This document shows, piece after piece, positions 26,148-33,574 of a DNA stretch of 35,635 nt; within the stretch, counting starts at the first letter, position 1; the number at the start of each line of letters is the position of its first letter. The notes beneath the pieces are model-generated. The model was not told where the DNA came from. It saw nothing but the letters and a program-made list of their open reading frames with translations, and did no database searches. Source of the DNA: a virus (taxonomy: Duplodnaviria > Caudoviricetes); IMG/VR virus record IMGVR_UViG_3300049846_001398, positions 1 through 35,635 of that record; one strand, 5' to 3'. A program made the position numbers and the translations under genes.

Positions 26148-26940
26148 GACAGGCTTGGGGCAGAGCCATTCTCAGTCAAAATCAAACGTCTCGATTTAAG
26201 CCTTAGGGCTTAGACCCCTAGACCACTGAGAGAATCTGCCCCACAGATGATCAAAGAGTCTAGGGGTTTTCTTTTTCTGAGTTGAAGTCCAAATAGGAAT
26301 AGATACTCAGCGCCGATACCGAATGCTAAGGATGGACTGACAGGAACTAGGGTGGAACCGAGTAAGACCGTCAAGACCTAGGGATGGTTCAGAAGTTGCC
26401 AAGGCGGAAGAAACGGACAGGCGGAACACACGGCAAGTCAGTGACACCTTAGGGGCTGGCTACCCGCAAAGACCTAAAGACTGGTTAGAGAGAGAAATCT
26501 CTTAACTAATTTTGTCATGCACAAACGGGCTGAAAGAAAGACACCAGAGCCCGTCACTGCTTATGAATGTTTAAAGGCAATAAGAAGACCTATGTAGAAA
26601 CTTGTTGAGCAAGTTTGGTTTGAGCGATAGCGAGAACCAAAGTTGATCAACAATGAGGTTCAAACCTGTTCAACTTGAGTTCGCAAGAGACTCACTCAAG
26701 TTTCACAGGCTTGGTCTTGAGGACAAAGGGCCGTCCTCAATCCCAAGTCATTCTTAAATGGATTTTAAAAACTTGAAAAACTGTGGGGTAAGAATGCTGG
26801 GTTGGTTTGGCGGCTCTTTGCCAAACCCCTTTGATCAAAGTTTGTGGGGTAGGTCTATTTTTGTACAGGCACCCTTTTATCTGTACGTTAGGGTTTTCCA
26901 TCTTGAGATGCCTTTGGCATCTCCAACTCAAAGGAGAACC
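26148..26940 (+). ncRNA. Large unclassified structured non-coding element (RNA and/or ssDNA)
   Basis: No credible ORF; more than a dozen inverted-repeat helices, GAAA and GCAA loops, nested long-range pairings (see findings); promoter-like motif at 26121. Confidence 0.6.
26214..26276 (+). terminator. Long-loop intrinsic terminator / attenuator
   Basis: ACCCCTAGAC (26214-23) pairs with GTCTAGGGGT (26258-67), then TTTCTTTTT. Confidence 0.7.
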
Positions 26941-26942
26941 AG

Positions 26943-27098
26943 ATGGAGAACAAGCCCCTTCCGATCCCAAAAAAGAAGCGTGGACCCCGTAAAGGCTTCA
27001 AGCGTAAGACGGGTGACCTGCTCTCACTTGCCAAGCGTCTTGCCGCCCTTCAAAAGGAGATGGTCAAGGTCAAGGCTCTGATGCAATCCCAACTCTAA
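26943..27098 (+). CDS. Small basic protein (51 aa) with AT-hook-like KKKRGPRK and coiled-coil tail, not in the ORF track
   Basis: AAGGAG SD; MENKPLPIPKKKRGPRKGFKRKTGDLLSLAKRLAALQKEMVKVKALMQSQL; own terminator. Confidence 0.8.
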   Translation: MENKPLPIPKKKRGPRKGFKRKTGDLLSLAKRLAALQKEMVKVKALMQSQL

Positions 27099-27107
27099 GC
27101 CCCCCAT

Positions 27108-27143
27108 AACCGCCCCTTGTCTTTGGACTTGGGGCGGTTTTTT
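27108..27143 (+). terminator. Intrinsic terminator
   Basis: AACCGCCCC/GGGGCGGTT stem plus T-run. Confidence 0.85.
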
Positions 27144-27186
27144 ATGTGCGGTATCATTCTTCATTCGCTAAATCTGAGGGGGACAT

Positions 27187-27432
27187 ATGAAATGCTATCA
27201 CTGTGACAATCAGGGTGAACCTAACTTCACCGATTTTGAAAACAAGCCAGTCTTCATCTGCAACAGTTGTATTGCAGAAGGAACTGAGCAGATGGCGGCT
27301 GATCAGCGTAGAAGCATGAATGTCCTCAGGGAAGCCAACCACCAAGGACAGTTCAATAAAGCCATTGGTCGATACTTCATTTCTATTTGGCATCTTGAAC
27401 AAGAAGCAAGGCGATTGAGGGAACAGCAATAA
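27187..27432 (+). CDS. Small C4 zinc-finger protein (ClpX-N-like spacing)
   Basis: CYHC...FICNSCI; GAGGGGG SD. Confidence 0.7.
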   Translation: MKCYHCDNQGEPNFTDFENKPVFICNSCIAEGTEQMAADQRRSMNVLREANHQGQFNKAIGRYFISIWHLEQEARRLREQQ

Positions 27433-27462
27433 GAAGGTTCAAGACGCCATTCAGAGGGGTCT

Positions 27463-27738
27463 ATGGCTTTGGAAGCAGATGAGAGGGAACTGAGGGAGAT
27501 AGAGGAAGCCAACCGCCTAGAGCAGGTGGCTGAGACTATTGAAGCAAGGAAGGAATACCTCAGGAACTCAGAGGCTCAAGATTTGGAGCAGAAACGAGTC
27601 TCCAAGATTCTCTTTATTGCCCTGATCACCCTTGGTCCTTTGGTCTACCTGTTGCTCAACCCTGAGGCAAACTTCCTCAGTCGAATGCTTCACAATGTCC
27701 TTGTCTCAATTGTTGAGGCAGTCAGGAACACTCAATGA
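27463..27738 (+). CDS. Small membrane protein
   Basis: Charged N-terminal helix then ILFIALITLGPLVYLLL TM segment. Confidence 0.7.
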   Translation: MALEADERELREIEEANRLEQVAETIEARKEYLRNSEAQDLEQKRVSKILFIALITLGPLVYLLLNPEANFLSRMLHNVLVSIVEAVRNTQ

Positions 27739-28313
27739 AGCGTCCAACCTACAGGGAAGCCATCAAGGAACTTTCGACCATTGCCAAGGGCTTGCAGTGG
27801 ATGATTGCCCGTTCTACTGGACCTGATAGACGGAAACTGACCCTTCGTAAGAAGGCAGTTCTGGTTCTGGTTTCTGATTTCAACCAGAAGGAAGACAAGG
27901 ACTGGAAGTTGGACTCCTTTGACGATCCTGATTTTGAGTCTCAGGACTACGATTTCAACCGATACAAGAAGCAGGTATCCCTCAGACTGGAAGACCAGAA
28001 ATCTAAGAAGAGGGCTATCAACAACATTGGTTACAAGGAACGCAAGTCTGGCAGGGACTTGGGCAGGAAAGCCCTGACAGTTGTGAAGCGTATCTTCAAG
28101 GAGTATGGCATCAAGCCCAAGAACTTGAAGGAAGTCATGGAAGGAACGGGTGATTGGGAGTTGGAGTTTGAACTGACCCCTACTGACTTGAACAAGAAGT
28201 CCCGTATCAGTGAGGCATCCCTCAGAAAGCAACGTATCAAAGCCCTTCAAGCCCGTTTGAGAAAGTATGCTCCCCTGTCCAATTTCATCATCGACAAGTT
28301 AGGGAAGTCTTAG
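27735..28313 (+). CDS. Basic hypothetical protein, possibly DNA-binding
   Basis: K/R-rich, 192 aa; ATGA overlap. Confidence 0.7.
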   Translation: MKRPTYREAIKELSTIAKGLQWMIARSTGPDRRKLTLRKKAVLVLVSDFNQKEDKDWKLDSFDDPDFESQDYDFNRYKKQVSLRLEDQKSKKRAINNIGYKERKSGRDLGRKALTVVKRIFKEYGIKPKNLKEVMEGTGDWELEFELTPTDLNKKSRISEASLRKQRIKALQARLRKYAPLSNFIIDKLGKS

Positions 28314-28447
28314 GGTTTCAGAAAACCAACCCTTCCTGTAAGAAAACCATACGTTTGGTCCCATTGAGTTTCCTCACTTTTCTAAGACCTCCCGTTTTTA
28401 GACAAGCATCACCAATAGTTGTTTACTAGGCCCATCAGGCAGGCATT

Positions 28448-30562
28448 TTGCCTCTGAATGCTGATGGACCCATGTTCACCCTACAGCCCACATCTTCTGG
28501 TTCTGGTTCTCAGGTTTCACCAAACCTGAGTCGCCAAACTATGTTGGCTGAGGGTGTCCCCTATCGGGTGATCAATGGTGATTGCGCCGATGTCCTCAGG
28601 AAGATTCCCAAAGAGAGTGTGTCCATTGTTCTGACATCACCCCCTTACACCCATGAGACCAACTCGATCCGCAAGAGTGACCACTATCAGGACACCTATG
28701 ACTTTGACGCTGTGGCTCAAGGGCTTTTTGACTGTTTGGAGCCTTCTGGAATCCTAATTTGGAATGAGGGGGATCCAACCATCAAGGGTGGTCCTAAGGC
28801 AGGAAGCAAATCATTGAACCCTGAGCGCCACCTGCTTGCCTTTGAAGAATTGGGGTTTCTGGTTCTCGATAAGTTGATTTGGGATAAGGGAACCTCTCAA
28901 TTTCACTTTGAGCATCGTCACGGCAATGCCTATGAGTCCATCTATGTCCTTGTGAAGCCGCCCTTCATCAAAGAAAGGGTGAAGGTTCTCAGGGACAGAA
29001 TCAACCGCTATGCAGGTCACAAGACTAGGACCAACTTCACAAGCAGGGATGGTATTGCAAAGAACAAAGGTGACAAGGGAGAGAGGTATTCAGAGACAGG
29101 GCTGAGAACTGATGTCTATGGGACTCTCGGTGGGGATACCCATGTCTACAGTCCTGGCTTCAACAAGTCCTACTCCAAAGACTATCAGAAGGGTCATGGT
29201 GGTGTGATGCATCACCGTCTTGTGCATGACCTTTTGCGGACCTATGGGAACTCGGTCAACGGCAAGCCACTTGTTCTGCTCGATCCGTTTGCAGGGACAG
29301 GAACCACTCTGGCTGAGGGTCTTAAATTGGGCATGAGGGTGGTGGGCATTGAGTGGTCACCCAAGAACTGTGGTGTCATCAAGAGACTCATCACCGACAC
29401 GATTTTGGAAAGCCACCTGAACATTGCTCTACCTGATTCAAAGGAGTCTGTCATGGAAAAGCCAACCTTTGATCAAACTAGCCTTCCCATGCTGGTTCCT
29501 CCCTCAGTGGACTTCTTTCAACGGGCTATCTCGGTGAAGGCTCCCATTGGTTCTGTGAGGGTTCAGGACACCTTTGCTGTCACACCCAAACACAGGGTCT
29601 TGCAGTCTCATGAACTGTCGGCCCTTGGAGAGGTCGAAACCAAGTGGCTTGTCGAAGGGTTGATTCCTGACAGTGGTGTTGTCCTGTTGGGTGCGCCTCC
29701 CAAGAGTGGCAAGTCTCATCATGCCATCAACCTTGCCCTTGCGGTCTCTAAGGGGGCTTTGGTCTATGGCAAGTTGCAATGCGGTCAAGGCAAGGTTCTC
29801 TATGTCAATGCCGACACTTCCAACAAGGGGAAGACTGCCTTTGGTGGACGCTTCAACAAGTGGTGTCGGGGCAATGGCATTGACCCCTCACAGCCCAATC
29901 CCAATTGGGTGAGTACTCCTGATGACTTTAGGCTCAACCTCAAGGAAGAGTCAGGTTTTGGCATCCTCGATGAACTGATCACCGAGAACAAACCCAAGTT
30001 GGTTGTCTTGGATACTTTGGCGGCTGTGTCGAAACACAATGACCAATATGGAGTCCATGTTGCCATCATCTTTCAAACCCTGAGGGAGTTGGCGCTCAAA
30101 CATCAGGTGGCAATCTTGGTTCTCAACCATGCAGGTAGGAAGGGAAAGCAGGTTGGGTCCAATCAGAAAGAGGCCGCTTGTGAGGTTGTGCTGTCATTGG
30201 AGGGCAGGAAGAACGGCAACTCGGTTCTCAGTGTCAGCAACAACCGACATGGAAGGAATGAGGATTGGGAGGTTCAGGTCCAACTTCATGATCACGATGG
30301 CAAGTTTTGGTTTGAGGTGATTGAGGACCAACCTGAGTCTGTTCTGTCACAGGTGATTTTGAGTCACTTGGGTTCAGAGTGGATGAGGACCAAAGACCTT
30401 CTTTCCAAGATTGGGTCTGCTTTCCCTAGCAGTCAGGTCAGGGAAGAGTTGGCATTGCTTGAACTCAACAAGAGGATTGAGAGGACTGAGATTGCCAGAG
30501 CAAAAGGGGAGGGTCAGGGCAGAAGGCATCATGCATATAGGGTGAACCCATGCATCCCCTGA
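28448..30562 (+). CDS. Fusion of beta-class N4/N6 DNA methyltransferase and RepA/AAA_25 (RecA-fold) helicase with C-terminal wHTH; start uncertain (28471 or 28541)
   Basis: GDC..., TSPPY, LLDPFAGTGTT, GIE; then KWLVEGLIP, GAPPKSGKS, VVLDTL, LNHAGRKG. Confidence 0.9.
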   Translation: MPLNADGPMFTLQPTSSGSGSQVSPNLSRQTMLAEGVPYRVINGDCADVLRKIPKESVSIVLTSPPYTHETNSIRKSDHYQDTYDFDAVAQGLFDCLEPSGILIWNEGDPTIKGGPKAGSKSLNPERHLLAFEELGFLVLDKLIWDKGTSQFHFEHRHGNAYESIYVLVKPPFIKERVKVLRDRINRYAGHKTRTNFTSRDGIAKNKGDKGERYSETGLRTDVYGTLGGDTHVYSPGFNKSYSKDYQKGHGGVMHHRLVHDLLRTYGNSVNGKPLVLLDPFAGTGTTLAEGLKLGMRVVGIEWSPKNCGVIKRLITDTILESHLNIALPDSKESVMEKPTFDQTSLPMLVPPSVDFFQRAISVKAPIGSVRVQDTFAVTPKHRVLQSHELSALGEVETKWLVEGLIPDSGVVLLGAPPKSGKSHHAINLALAVSKGALVYGKLQCGQGKVLYVNADTSNKGKTAFGGRFNKWCRGNGIDPSQPNPNWVSTPDDFRLNLKEESGFGILDELITENKPKLVVLDTLAAVSKHNDQYGVHVAIIFQTLRELALKHQVAILVLNHAGRKGKQVGSNQKEAACEVVLSLEGRKNGNSVLSVSNNRHGRNEDWEVQVQLHDHDGKFWFEVIEDQPESVLSQVILSHLGSEWMRTKDLLSKIGSAFPSSQVREELALLELNKRIERTEIARAKGEGQGRRHHAYRVNPCIP

Positions 30563-30765
30563 CACCATCCCAACTCGATGGTAGTGAATTGGTGAACGCT
30601 GAGGTGGTTGGGGCATTTCTAAATCTGCCTACCAAGTCAGTGATGAGGTTGGCTCAAGCCAACAAGATTCCCCATTACTGCATCCCCTCAGCCCAAGGGA
30701 ACGGTCACAAGCATTTCAGGAAGTTCAGCATTCCTGAGGTCAAGACAGCCCTGCATAGGGGCTAG
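30550..30765 (+). CDS. Excisionase-like HTH_17 protein
   Basis: LVNAEVVGAFLNLPTKSVMRLAQANKIPHY...RKFS; immediately upstream of the integrase. Confidence 0.8.
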   Translation: MHPLTPSQLDGSELVNAEVVGAFLNLPTKSVMRLAQANKIPHYCIPSAQGNGHKHFRKFSIPEVKTALHRG

Positions 30766-30839
30766 ATCAAGTTATTGGCACACCCCTGCTGGCACGTTAA
30801 CATTTTTCCGTGTTGGAAAGCGGGGTTATAGGAGCAGTC

Positions 30840-32204
30840 ATGCCTAAGACAACGCTTTCAAAGAACCCAAGGAGTCCTTTCTACCGTCTGAGGTTCTACG
30901 ATCCTAGGACACGGCAACAGGTCACTAGGACAAGCAAAATCTCAGACCACAGTGAAGCCGCCAAGACTCAGACGTTGTTGAGGCAGGCTTCCAAGATGGC
31001 GACTCTGACAGGGAACTTCTCGGTCTTTGACAATCTGGTAAACAAAGTTTTTGGGTTGGATGAGTTGGTCATGATGGAAGTTCCAACTGTGGCGACTACC
31101 ATGCCTGAGACCAAAGAGGTGATCACTTGGGATGAGTTTTTGGCAAAGACCTTCAAAGCCAAAGGCAACTCCAAGACGGGTGGATGGACTGAGGTTGAAG
31201 GGTTTGCCTTTCTCAGGGGTGACAAAGAGAAGATTAAGACCATCCACCACAATCTCATGGAAGAACAACGCAAGGGTCTCAAGCCAAGGTTCAAGGTCAG
31301 ACACCTTGAAGATGTCTGCTACAGGATAGGATCTCTGACAGCATTCTTTGGGAAGAGGAACATGCTTGAATTGACTCCAAAGGATGTCTCAGCCTTCATT
31401 GACCATCGTAAGAACAAGGAAGGTGTCTCAGGTTCCACCATTAATCGAGAGACCTGCTGTTTGAACAACCTCTTCAAGTATGCAGAGGTCATTGAGGGGT
31501 TTGAGAAATTGAGGAACCCCTACAACAGTCTTCTGCATAAACAGTCAGAGCCTAAGCCACATATTTCTATCTGGCTGGACAACATGAAAAGGGACTTCCT
31601 TGAGGCTTGCGAGTCAATGGGGGCCTATCAGGGCTTTCCTCTAACCCTTCTCAGTGATGTTGCTGTGGTCAACTGGACTGTCGGTTGCCGCATTGATGAA
31701 CTTCTGAGTCTCAAGGTCAATCAAGTCCAGTTGTCAGAGGGCATTCTTGTTCTGAGTGACTGGACCACCAAGAACAGCAAGTTCAGGAATGTCCATATGC
31801 GGTCTGATCAGGTGATGGATATTTTGAGACGGAACATGGAGGGAAAGGGGAAGGATGAATTGGTGTTCTCTTGGTCCAACAAAGGCAACAGGGGCAAAGG
31901 GGACAACCAAATCAGATACAATGCCTTCCAAAAAGCCTTCCAAGCGGTCTGCTTAGAGGCAGGAATCAGGGGTCAGAAAATCCACAACTGGCGCAAGACT
32001 GCTGTCACTGTCCAGATGTTTGCTTTGGACGGGCTTTCAGAGACCGAAATCATGGTCGAAATGCAGTGGTCTGATACTAGGCTTCTGAACTCCTACCTAG
32101 ACCGCCCTTTGGCTGTCCAGTTGAGGAAACAACACCTGAGAAGCCAATCCAGCGCTGGAATTGAACGGTTTTCCACTTCCAGTGACCTAGCCTATGCACT
32201 ATAA
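30840..32204 (+). CDS. int: Tyrosine recombinase / phage integrase
   Basis: SGSTINRE; catalytic R (GCRIDEL), K (TKN), HxxR (HNWRKT), W (MQWSD), Y (SYL); AGGAG SD before 30840. Confidence 0.95.
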   Translation: MPKTTLSKNPRSPFYRLRFYDPRTRQQVTRTSKISDHSEAAKTQTLLRQASKMATLTGNFSVFDNLVNKVFGLDELVMMEVPTVATTMPETKEVITWDEFLAKTFKAKGNSKTGGWTEVEGFAFLRGDKEKIKTIHHNLMEEQRKGLKPRFKVRHLEDVCYRIGSLTAFFGKRNMLELTPKDVSAFIDHRKNKEGVSGSTINRETCCLNNLFKYAEVIEGFEKLRNPYNSLLHKQSEPKPHISIWLDNMKRDFLEACESMGAYQGFPLTLLSDVAVVNWTVGCRIDELLSLKVNQVQLSEGILVLSDWTTKNSKFRNVHMRSDQVMDILRRNMEGKGKDELVFSWSNKGNRGKGDNQIRYNAFQKAFQAVCLEAGIRGQKIHNWRKTAVTVQMFALDGLSETEIMVEMQWSDTRLLNSYLDRPLAVQLRKQHLRSQSSAGIERFSTSSDLAYAL

Positions 32205-32339
32205 TCGCAATCCCTTTTTAAGGGGTGTCCTCCAAAGGCTCAAAACAAGGCTGCTTGAGGATACACGAAAAATTGGAAGTCCAACCAAAGGCTATCGAAA
32301 GCGTGAAAAGCCAGGGGTAACAAGGAGAAACGCCGAAAT

Positions 32340-32378
32340 GGTGACGTACCCAAGTGGTCTAAGGGGACGGTCTGCAAA
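32340..32378 (+). mobile_element. attP core: 5' half of tRNA-Cys(GCA)
   Basis: GGTGACG-TA-CCC-AAGTGGTCTAA-GGG-G-ACGGT-CTGCAAA gives the acceptor 5' strand, D arm, anticodon 5' strand and loop; similarity stops after the loop; 135 bp downstream of int. Confidence 0.85.
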
Positions 32379-32541
32379 TCTGGTAGAGTCATTTTTGAAA
32401 ATCCTTGTTCTGACACCCCATTCCCTCAAATCTGCTTTCCAACACAACGCTTTCAGAGTTGCCTAAGGTCTGCAAAGGTCTGGATAGGACAGGGCAGGTC
32501 TTCAAAAAAAGGATACTTGAGGATACATGGAACCCCACAGG

Positions 32542-32739
32542 CTAATCCCCTGTGGGGTTCTTTTTTTGGGCTGGCTGATCAGCGGTTTGGGCTTTGGCTT
32601 GGGCTAGACGGACCTCAAGCCCCTTCACTTGGTTCAAGGCATGGGCTTTCCTTGCTTTGGGGTCTTTCATCATCTTTGTGAACTCCATGCCCTTGTAGAG
32701 GGAGTCCAAAGAGCCGGGTTTGGGGGTCATGTTTGGCAT
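32542..32739 (-). CDS. Small hypothetical protein (65 aa, start re-called at MPNMT)
   Basis: Coherent helical C-terminal part of the 178-aa ORF; promoter-like motif at 32776-32800. Confidence 0.6.
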   Translation of the reverse strand: MPNMTPKPGSLDSLYKGMEFTKMMKDPKARKAHALNQVKGLEVRLAQAKAQTADQPAQKKNPTGD

Positions 32740-32859
32740 AGCCAGTCCTGAGAAAGGGGTTGGTTCTAAGATACACCCCCTATAATAGAGTTCAACTTTT
32801 TCCGATATTGGCACAGCCCCACCGATCAGAGAGGATCCCCCACTTCTCAAACTCAAGAG

Positions 32860-33213
32860 GTGGAGGTGGTCAAAAAGCGTCCAAAGGCTAGGTCTAAGAA
32901 AACGGTATGGTATGCTCGATGGCTCTTTAAGACTCAGGCAGATGCTTGGGCCGAATTGGAGAACCTGCATATCTCTTGTGGGGATGGGGAGGGGCAAGGG
33001 ACAGGGGCAATTGCCAGCAACCTTGATCAGGGGGAGACTCTGATACTGACCAATCGGGGTAAGTGGTTTGAGGTCCAATTGACCTTCCCCTATTCAGGTC
33101 TCAAAGGGGCAGAAGACCCTTGGATCAGTCCTTCCCAAGCAGTCAAACACCCCACTTTTAACCTGAGGGGGAAGAACCTGAGGGGTGATGCCTTTCAATG
33201 GGGGGGCAAATGA
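32860..33213 (+). CDS. Hypothetical protein
   Basis: 117-aa ORF; ATGA overlap with the next gene. Confidence 0.6.
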   Translation: MEVVKKRPKARSKKTVWYARWLFKTQADAWAELENLHISCGDGEGQGTGAIASNLDQGETLILTNRGKWFEVQLTFPYSGLKGAEDPWISPSQAVKHPTFNLRGKNLRGDAFQWGGK

Positions 33214-33392
33214 AGAATCCTGAAAAAGCGGCTAGTGATGGGGTGGCTCTGGCAAGGGGACTCTTGCAGACCTGCTGTGAGATGGAATTGCCCCTTGGCT
33301 ACCTCTCAGAGGTCAAAAAATACCTGTCTGAGCATGATGAATGGAGTGAGGAAGATGAGTGGGACTTGAAGACGGTCATGAAATATCTTTAA
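33210..33392 (+). CDS. Small acidic hypothetical protein
   Basis: GGGGGG SD; followed by a terminator. Confidence 0.6.
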   Translation: MKNPEKAASDGVALARGLLQTCCEMELPLGYLSEVKKYLSEHDEWSEEDEWDLKTVMKYL

Positions 33393-33415
33393 GAGGATCA
33401 GCCTTGCCCAAACAA

Positions 33416-33443
33416 AAAGACCGCCCAATTAAGGGCGGTCTTT
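33416..33443. terminator. Bidirectional intrinsic terminator
   Basis: AAAGACCGCCC-AATTAA-GGGCGGTCTTT. Confidence 0.85.
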
Positions 33444-33574
33444 AATATTTGAAGGCGATCAATACCCAAGTCCCATCTGAGGCTTGATATGTAAGGTGTA
33501 TGGTCCAGCCATCAGCAACTAGGTCTTTCACCTTTGCCTCTAGCGCCGTTTGGGTCTCAAAGTGTAAAGTTGGC

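Noticed and set aside
26148-26940. Group I/II intron, retron msr-msd or CRISPR array as the explanation of the structured region
   Set aside because: No interrupted host gene, no recognisable P7 or domain V motif, no reverse transcriptase in the genome and no regularly spaced repeats; a covariance search is still needed to exclude a divergent ribozyme
26758-27081. 107-aa ORF from the track (and the 26737 and 26807 ORFs)
   Set aside because: No SD, runs through hairpin-dense sequence and overlaps the better supported 26943..27098 ORF
27732-28250. 172-aa antisense ORF and the many other shadow ORFs opposite long genes
   Set aside because: Fully overlap better supported genes on the other strand, with no SD or motif support
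28320-28349. AGAAAACCA direct repeat upstream of the MTase-helicase as iterons
   Set aside because: Only two 9-bp copies; too weak to call an origin or operator
32340-32415. Complete tRNA-Cys gene
   Set aside because: No 3' anticodon strand, T arm or acceptor 3' strand follows the loop; it is an att fragment
32194-32466. 90-aa ORF after int
   Set aside because: Reads through attP and the tRNA fragment; likely spurious
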